The translations under genes and the position numbers were made by a program. A stretch of DNA of 61,940 nt, filler included, from Sluysia triapertura (Eukaryota): NCBI GenBank assembly GCA_046118255.1. It is 5 parts of 5 records of this genome, joined end to end, with 100 filler letters (N's around TTAATTAATTAA, not from the genome) between each part and the next. Parts side by side here need not be neighbours in the genome. Positions count along the whole stretch, not along the records: positions 49,551 to 61,940 come from JBJNIA010113975.1; 4 more parts are not named here. One strand, 5' to 3'. The notes under the pieces are model-generated. The model saw only the letters and a list, made by a program, of their open reading frames with translations, was not told the DNA's origin and did no database searches. Positions 53,340-61,940 of this stretch are shown here, piece after piece (position 1 is the first letter of the stretch; each line of letters opens with the position of its first letter).

Positions 53340-53778
53340 GCAGTCAAATTCTCACAAGTCCCTAATTGTGACAGAAGTTTTTTGAGTGATTTCGCAAAAA
53401 TTACACAACCTTTAAGAAAATTGACTAAGAATGATGTCGAATTTAGATGCACTTTTAAAAGAAATATTTACCACTGCATGAATGTTGATTCTTTCAGACG
53501 TCAGTAAACTTTTTATATTAACCAATGATGTAAATAATTGCTGCATAGGAGCAATTTTAGGACAAAAATATAATAATAATTTAGAAACTGTCACAGCTTA
53601 CGCAAGTCGTCGGCTGATAAAGACGAAATGAATTACTCGACTATAGAAAGAATGCTTTGAAATTGTATGTGCATGCAAAGTATTTAGACGTTATTTGGTG
53701 GAACATTTCAGAAAACTGTCTCAATTTGATTTAGAAATTATATATGAACCAGGAAATCAAAATAACGGAGCTGACTAA
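53340..53778 (+). mobile_element. Ty3/gypsy RT-connection/RNase H remnant
   Basis: DFAKITQPLRKLTKNDVEF; FILTNDVNNCCIGAILGQ; TAYASRRL; LSQFDLEIIYEPGNQNNGAD. Confidence 0.85.
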
Positions 53779-55714
53779 ATGTTAATTTCTGGAAAAGTTG
53801 AAGACCCCAAAGAGAAGACAGGAGACTTCTTTTATTATAGATTCCGTTTTTAAAAGGAGTATTAAATGAAAACCGGCCCCTTCGTATGTTCATAGCAGAC
53901 TTTTAATTATGTAAGATTACCTTCTGAATTGGTCTAATTATTTGGTCTTATTAAGGAAAAAGGTGTTTCTTTTAAACCATAATGTTTTAATTCGCCTCCT
54001 TCTTTGTTCTATTCTACTAGAAAATCTGCATTTTTGGTTGATACACCATCAGGTACAACAGCATCAGATTCAATATGTTCATCGCAAGTGGAGAAAACAA
54101 TGTCGGAATTGAATGGATCACGGACAAAGCAACAATTCGTTGATCTTGATTTTAATATATCTGACTAATAAACATTATTTTATTATTAATTATTAACTAT
54201 TATTTTATTTATAATTCTTTTATTTGAGGAAGTATTTGCAAAAGATACATAAAATTAATTCTAATTATATCAATTCTAATTAATTCTATTTAATGCTAAT
54301 AACTGAAAATTTTAAACAGGAAATAAAATTATTTAATTAATTAATTAAATTAATTTAATTAATGAACTTCGTAAATAAAAATCACTTAAGTAAATATAAA
54401 TATCGAAAAATTCACATAAAAACTGAAGTTTGATAGATTTCGATATCATAATGCTTTTATTTTTAGTATCCAAAGTAAAAATACAAGTTATATCTTTGAC
54501 ACGGATTTTTCAAAAATTTAATTATTTAATTGTTGCATCAAATATACAGAATTTTCAGTTCAACTATATTTTGTAAATTGTAAATAGTTGTAAATGGTGA
54601 TGATGAATTTTGTAAATTAATTGATGAATTTAGTGTTTTTAAAGTTCTGATAAAAGGGTTAATATTAATTTTATTTAATATGGATGACAGAGTAATAACG
54701 AAGTTTTAGAGAGGCGTAAATGGGCCATTTTTATGGATTGCGTGCGGTAGTTAGTTTATAGTATTTCAGTAGAATATGTATCTTAATAGGAGAGGAACGA
54801 TGTAGAAAATATTTTGGGCAGTTTGTGCATTAATTGAATAAGGTAATTATATTGCTAATTGTAATGTTTTATAAAATGTATCTTAAAATTATCTTTATCT
54901 GAAATTGTGTTCCTTTAAAAATAAATAATCTATTATTTTTAAGATTAAACATATAAGAAAATTGTATAAAACTATATTTATTGGTCTTAAGGACCTTAAA
55001 GACATTTAAAACTAGAATAATATTATTAAAATAAAATTGGTCTCATTTATTATATGCACAACATTGTTTAATTATAATAAAAGATATCAAGTACATTCAC
55101 AAATAAAATATTAAGGTTTCCATAAAAATAGATAAAATTATGTACAATGGATAGACGAATAAACCAGACTAAAATGAATGAATTGTTTTTATAAGTACTT
55201 AGCAATAATGATTAATAGAGGATAATTCTACTAATTGAAAGGTATACTTAGGTTCTCTGAGATTGTTTGACGTTATAGAATTGGCACCATTAGTTTTTTT
55301 GTAGGTGCTTTCCATGCACTTGGCAAGAGTTATGCACAAATTCTTAATTTGGTTAATTTATATTCCAATAAACAAAATTTTGCAATAATATGGTAATAAC
55401 ATATTGTTATTGTAATTTTAATTCGTAATATTATTATCAATGTAAAATTGTGCGGATTTTTGAATAATTTCCGTTATTTAATAACGTGTTTTTTATTTTC
55501 TTCATGCATTTCTGTAATATAATGCAATAATTGGGCAAGTTAAAATGTCATTTAGAAAGTTATCAGTCATTTAATATGATGTGCAATGTTTTCTAATGAA
55601 GTTTCGATATATTGAACATGCATGCAATGCATTTTAAGTTAAGTAAAATAGTAAATAGTAAATATAAATACTAAGTATATAAGTTATTCTTACTTATTTT
55701 ATTTATTATTTTAG

Positions 55715-55844
55715 ATGAACTCTACAAAACCTTACATTCGCAAAAAAGCAGTTCTTTTAATGTACAAAGTATTCCTGAAATTTCCTGATGCTTTAAGACC
55801 AGCATTTCCAAGATTAAAAGAAAAATTAGAAGACCCTGATCCAG
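55715..55844 (+). CDS. AP3D1: AP-3 complex subunit delta, internal exon
   Basis: ttttag|MNSTKPYIRKKAVLLMYKVFLKFPDALRPAFPRLKEKLEDPDP(G)|gt. Confidence 0.95.
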
Positions 55845-58800
55845 GTTATCTAAATTGATTGCTTAATGAACAATTTATTTGTAATAAATAGAACAATAGT
55901 AAACTATCAAAAATTTAGTCAGAATGTAATACATTTGTTCCTGACACGATACAAACGTATTTTTATTCTAATAAAAATAGAACTAAATATAAATTTTTCA
56001 ATCAAATTAAGAAGATTCGATCCAATAATATATTCTATGCTGTTTCATGATAATACATCTTAGTTTTTGGTATTTTATTTTGGTTTTCATTTTTTATATT
56101 TCAAGTTAAATTTATATTTATTAAAAGCTGTTTTATTTATGCTTATTTAGTTCTTTAGTCTCATTTAATAGTGATTCAATAATTTTGTTGGAATTTTTCT
56201 CCAAACAGTCCCAAAACAAATTGCTAAGCAATTTGTGAGAGTTTTATTTAATTTTACTTTCCCTAACAAAATAAAACTTGTTAAGCAAGAAATACCTAAA
56301 TCTAAAGGAGAATGTCTAACATCTATAATAATTTTTAAATAATACTAAAAAAGTAATAATGATAATGACAATAAATAACAATGATAATAATAATCATAAT
56401 AATAATAAATGATTACAAAAAATTTATAAACGTATTATTAATGGTTGAAAACACAAAAATTGAATACAGAAAAGATCTTGATAAATTCTTAAAGTGATTT
56501 TAGCCCTCATTAAATCGGGAACAAAAATAATTTGAGTATAATGTATGATTTAATTTAAAGTTAAATCGATTTTAAAACTTGCTAATAATCGTTTTCCATT
56601 TGATTAATTCTTATAAAAATTTCAACAACATTGTAATGATAAATCAAGAATTTGTTATTTCCAGTGTACGAGAGAAATTTTTCTCTCCGATATTGATATT
56701 TTTTGTTAATATTGTTATCTACTGTCTTAACTAGTATATTATTAATTTTATTTTTTGTAATTATTTTTATAAGTAATATTTTCTTATTATATTATTGTTA
56801 TCATTATTATCATTTCAAATCTTTTCCAGGGGTTGTGATGACAACTTAACAATATATTACTTTGTGATTTGACTTTGCTAAATTACACAAAATTATTTAT
56901 TTTCAATTATTATTATAGCTTTATTTATTTTATTTTAACAAATATCTTTTTCCCTTTACTAAGAATGTTGACCTTATTTTGCACTTTTAGTAGTTAATTT
57001 TTAAATCATACTCAGAAAATCAACTTATTACAAGAAGATTTATTAAAGATTTATTCAATTATATTTCATAAGAAAAGAATACAATTAATTAAATATACAT
57101 TTAAATTAAATTAAGTATATGTTTAATTAAATTAAACATGTTAATCCAAATAATAATTCAATTATTAGTCCAAAAGTTATTTAAATTTAAATAACCTATT
57201 AATATTCAAATTTAAAAAATCAAAGTTATAATTAGATGCTAGTGTTACTTGTGATACTAGTAACACTAGTATATTTTCTAAAAATATTATATTATTGTTT
57301 TTGATACAATATTGATAAAGTTTGGTGAAGGATGCATCAAAGTATAGGTGCATAAACATATTAACATCTAGCGGAAGGTCTTTAAAATTAATTATGTAAA
57401 CTTCGTTGAGATTCTTAAAGCATTATAAAAATTATAATGTTATTTAATTCTTTATAGAATTTGAATGCTGTTTTATATTTAATAGAATTCGTTTGTGTTT
57501 GTAGTGGACTCTTATTCTCTAGTAATAATTTGAGTTTTTTTGCTAATATGGATTCTTACTTTTTAATAATTTAAACTTCTTAATAATATTCTCACTTTCT
57601 ACTTGGATTGTGCTTGAAGTATAATGTGAGGTCTAAAATTTTTTAATATAAAAATTGAATTTAAATGTTAATACTAGTACAACTTCTTCAGCTAACGATT
57701 AAATCTTCAAAAATTTATATATACATGTTTATACTTCTTTAATTGATTTACCAAACTTCAAATTCAAAATTTGTGCTATAACTATTAACTTTTTAAACCT
57801 TAAGTTTTATTTTACTTATACAAATCTTCTGGGGGTATAAATTCATACTTGCCCTAGATGTTCAGGATAGAAGTGCTAAATATTCGATTATGTAATCAAA
57901 TTATCAATATTGACCGTTAATATATTCTTATAACTTGTTGTCTTAGCTTAAATATTATTAAGGAAATATGAATTTTATTTAATTTTATTATGTGGGCTCT
58001 ATTGTGAACTCCTTTCTATTTTATATTCAAGAAATAAAAAGAAAAACGAAATTACAGCAAAGATTTATTCAAATTTTAAACGAATATTATTATTAATAAA
58101 ATAATTTATTTCTATTATTTTAATTAACATATAAGTATTACTAAAATGATTAGGATTTTTATTAATTTTGATTTATTTTAAATGACTGGAAATAATTATA
58201 ACCTTTACATTAAATAGCTTCTAATTTTGCAATTATTTGAATAGATATGATATATAATGAATTCCACTGGTTCTATAAATCTTTCACCAATTTAGTCTTT
58301 ATTCTCCTTTTTAATATTAAATAACTTCGAATTTCGGAATTATCAGGACTTATACTAATGATAGTGAATTCCACCGATTCTAGAAATATTGTCTTTTTGT
58401 TATATTTACTCTTATTTATAGTTGTAAATTATATAGCGTTCGTCTTTTTACAGTATTTGTATTTTTAAATCAGTAAATTAATCAGTGGTTGTACAAAATC
58501 ATCAGTTATTATCAAAAGTTATTTATATAGTCTACAAACATTGCAAATAAATTATATAGTTATACAAATCAACAGTTATAATAAATAATAATAAATAGAT
58601 TCTAGTTATTTCCAGTTTATTAATATTTTAAACAACGTTCTTAAATTTTGATTTTATGTTATTCTTATTAAATCTCAATTTAGTATGATTTTATTCGATT
58701 ATAATGTTTTTAAATTTTGATGACATATAATTTTGTCTATTCTATCAAATCTTTAATTTAAATTAATTTTGATCGAGAAAAATGTTATTTATTATTAATT

Positions 58801-59699
58801 ACATAAAAATTCAATTCAATCTAAATTTAGCATAATTTATCGTTTATAATATAAATCATGTTTTTAGGATAATGTTAATAGAGTTTTATGCTCTTAAAGT
58901 TTGATTTCATATTATTATTAATTCCTATTTTAAGATGATTTCTTAACTATAATTTTAATTTCACATTGTCTCTATTGAACCTTACTTTAAAATGATTACT
59001 TATACCAATTTAAATTTGATTGTTATTTGTTACTAAATTTTGATTTTATATTAACTGTATGTAATCTTATTTTAAATTGGTACTAAAGCATTATAATCTT
59101 AATAATTTCTGAGCATTATTCTTTTAAAATTATTTTAAGATGAAAGATTATTTTAAAAATAAGTTTATTTTTAAAATGAATGTTAATAATAAAAATGAGC
59201 ATTATGTTAAAATTCTTTTACAAAATTATATTACTAAACTAAATATTTACATTTAAAATTACAAACAAAATATTTACCGCATTTGTAATAAAATTTACAG
59301 TACCTCAACTCATATGATAACATTTAATATAAAAGGAAGACGGTATTTTCATCACAAATATTAATACTAAATAAAATCCGTTAATTAAATCTAATTTAAT
59401 ATAAAACATTTGGCTAAGTACGATAAACACCTTTCGATAAACAACTATTACCCTGTGGTTTATTATGATTCTTACTATAAAATAATTTACTTCTTATTCT
59501 TTCTAATTGTCTTTAAATTATCCTCTTAAAATTAGAGTCTTTACTCGTCTTTGATATTCTGATATTAAAATTTTCTCCTTTTAATAAATTAAAAGATTGA
59601 ACACAATAAGTTTTATTAACTACGATATGACGTAAAAATACAAAAGAAAATATTAAAATTGACAATAAGAAAGATGTTATAAATTATTAACAGTGTTAA

Positions 59700-60171
59700 C
59701 CCTTTGCGGTCCTATTTTATTTCCATTGAATCCTCCGCAGGTCCTAATTAATTCCAGCGAAAACACAAAATTTTCACAATTAAACGCCTGATTTAAAAAA
59801 CATACTCAAATCGAATTTAAATTATTTATTTATTAATGTAATCGCATTATATTATGTTATATTATACTATATTATATTATGCTTAATTGTAGCAAATTAA
59901 AAAATTTAAATTCTAACTTAGCAATATAATAACACGAATAATCCTATTTGTTTACGATATTACATTTGCACAACTCCGATAAAACTAATCTGCATACTTC
60001 ACATATAGTACTTTGGTAGTATAGTGGTCTGAACCTGACGATAATGAGTGTCGGTGAAAATAAAAATACGAAATGTAAATATTTTCTTATCGGACTATCT
60101 TCGACATGACAGATTACATAAACGTTTCAATGGTAAGCGTCGGAGCAGCCCCAACAGTGGACCGCAGAGGG
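59700..60171. mobile_element. piggyBac-type MITE in an AP3D1 intron
   Basis: TTAA|CCCTTTGCGGTCC ... GGACCGCAGAGGG|TTAA. Confidence 0.9.
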
Positions 60172-60279
60172 TTAAATGTAACAGAAGTTTAAACACTTAT
60201 TTTAGTTTAAATTTTAAAGAAAAATTAATTTATGTTTTATTAAAATTTATCTCTAACGATAATATCTCGATATAATAAT

Positions 60280-60482
60280 ACTTCGTAGTTAATATTTCAC
60301 CAATAACGGCTTCTTAAATAATGGATTGAAACTTTATGGAACGGCCAAAATTCTTTTCGATGAATACCAAATTCGACTGTAATTTTCAAAGTTCTTCGAC
60401 GAATGACACTTCGCAGTTAATATTTCACCAATAACAGATTCTTTTACAATAGACTGAAACTTTGTCGAACGGCCAAAGCTCT
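60280..60482. repeat. ~129-bp-period tandem duplication
   Basis: cttcg.agttaatatttcaccaataac..tgaaacttt..gaacggccaaa occurs twice. Confidence 0.8.
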
Positions 60483-61008
60483 GGAATTATACTGGAATCT
60501 TTAAGTTTCTCCGACAAGTGATTGAGACTTTCTTGGGACAATGCCAAATTTTATTTTCAACGTTTTCAAAAATCTTCGAAATTTCCAAATTTTTCAATAT
60601 AATGATTTCTTTATTTTTTGTGAGAGTTTATTGTGTTTTGGTAGATTCTTTATAATATTCTTTTTCATTAATAATACTGTTCCATGAATAATTTTATTAC
60701 ACTAAAAGTAATGAAATTCCATGTTGTAGATTTCTATCTGTATATGTAAAATTTTATCTTATGTATTTATTTAGTGCTTATGTGTTAACTTTTATTTGTT
60801 TTTTTATTTCTATTTTGATAAAGTATTTTTTCATTTCTACGATGTTCCATTTAATTAGCTAATATTTTCTATTTGGTGGGAATTGTGTTCAGTTGTAATT
60901 TCTTTCTTGACCATCAAAAAGTATATTAACTTAAAAAATATATTTATTGCGTAAATTAAATTCGAATGTATTTAAAAATTATGATTATGTAATTGTCATA
61001 TTTTCTAG

Positions 61009-61148
61009 GAGTTCAGTCTGCAGCAGTTAATGTAATCTGTGAATTGGCTCGTAAAAATCCGAGAAATTATCTATCATTAGCTCCATTATTTTTCAAACTT
61101 ATGAATTCATCAAATAATAATTGGGTGCTCATCAAAATTATTAAATTG
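61009..61148 (+). CDS. AP3D1: AP-3 complex subunit delta, next internal exon (GC donor)
   Basis: ttctag|(G)VQSAAVNVICELARKNPRNYLSLAPLFFKLMNSSNNNWVLIKIIKL|gctagt; phase matches the previous exon. Confidence 0.95.
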
Positions 61149-61174
61149 GCTAGTGCTATTTTTTTTTAATTTAA

Positions 61175-61309
61175 CTCATTACTGGCCGTTGACGTAGTAA
61201 TACGTCATTTTTTGTCCGAAATCCAGTAACCGCTGACGTAGTAGTACGTTTTTTGATAGAATAACTTTGTTTGTGTTGCCATCAAGAATTTTTAACGGCC
61301 AGTTATGAG
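61175..61309. mobile_element. 135-bp TTAA-targeting (piggyBac-like) MITE
   Basis: TTAA|CTCATTACTGGCCGTT ... AACGGCCAGTTATGAG|TTAA. Confidence 0.85.
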
Positions 61310-61847
61310 TTAATTTTACTTTTAAAACACAAATCTTTATATAAATAATAAGTTATGATCGAATATAGTATAATTATTACATTTAAACATGTTTTGTTAG
61401 TTGAACTAACTATGACATTTTATATAATATTACATCCATTTAATATAAACGTGATGATAACATAAATGTGTAAAATTTTTTAGTGCATAACGTGTAAAGA
61501 AAATATTTTTTCATTTCTACGATGCTCCATTAAATCAGCTAATAATATTCACGGTTAAAAGTCATTATCAATAGAAATGAGTTTTAGCATATTAGCATCA
61601 GCATTTTAAAGCAATTGGCCATACAATACAGTCAGATTATCTTTTATGTGCTTTTAAAGTTGCTCATTACATATTATATTGCGTTTAAACAATGCATCCA
61701 ACACCACAATGTATGCCGGAAATTGATCTGGAATGTTTATAGTACTTTTTTTAACTACGAGTTCTTTTATTTCTAGGGTAATTGTACTATAGGATTATAC
61801 TGTCTTAATTAGACATATTAGACATCTCAGATACGATCGATGTAGAG

Positions 61848-61940
61848 CAGGCCTTCTTAAACTATGGATCGCGACCCCAAATGGGGTCGCGTAGCAAAAT
61901 TCTGGGGTCGCGAGAGATTTTAATGTCAAATATTTAAATA
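61848..61940. mobile_element. hAT (Charlie-like) MITE left end, truncated by the window
   Basis: CAGGCCTTCTTAAACT followed by the cgcgacccca..tggggtcgcg palindrome typical of these ends. Confidence 0.6.

Overview
AT-rich (roughly a quarter GC by eye) eukaryotic, most likely invertebrate-metazoan, genomic DNA. It consists of five contigs joined by artificial 100-nt N/TTAATTAATTAA linkers, so adjacency across linkers is unproven. Host genes seen: the last two exons of an ATG4 protease (- strand) and two internal exons of AP-3 delta (AP3D1, + strand, second exon apparently ending at a GC donor). Gene fragments seen: an intronless, catalytically dead lysyl-tRNA synthetase fused in frame to an unrelated tail, and a class IIa HDAC pseudo-exon. 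The rest is mostly transposon debris: Ty3/gypsy, an RT-less REL (R2/NeSL-like) LINE, L2/CR1, a Polinton-type pPolB, pogo/Tigger, mariner including a DD39D-like motif, and piggyBac and hAT MITEs. Most unusual: (1) a dispersed element carrying ~48-nt-periodic arrays of a covarying bulged hairpin (stem-CC-loop ending TTAC-GG-T-stem) plus a GAGTTCR long-hairpin module, repeatedly found 3' of gypsy pol remnants and small Cys-rich/RING ORFs, and apparently folding antisense to pol; (2) ~130-170 bp TG..CA mini-LTR-like elements built around a tRNA-Cys-like unit. All calls are from manual reading; no searches were run.
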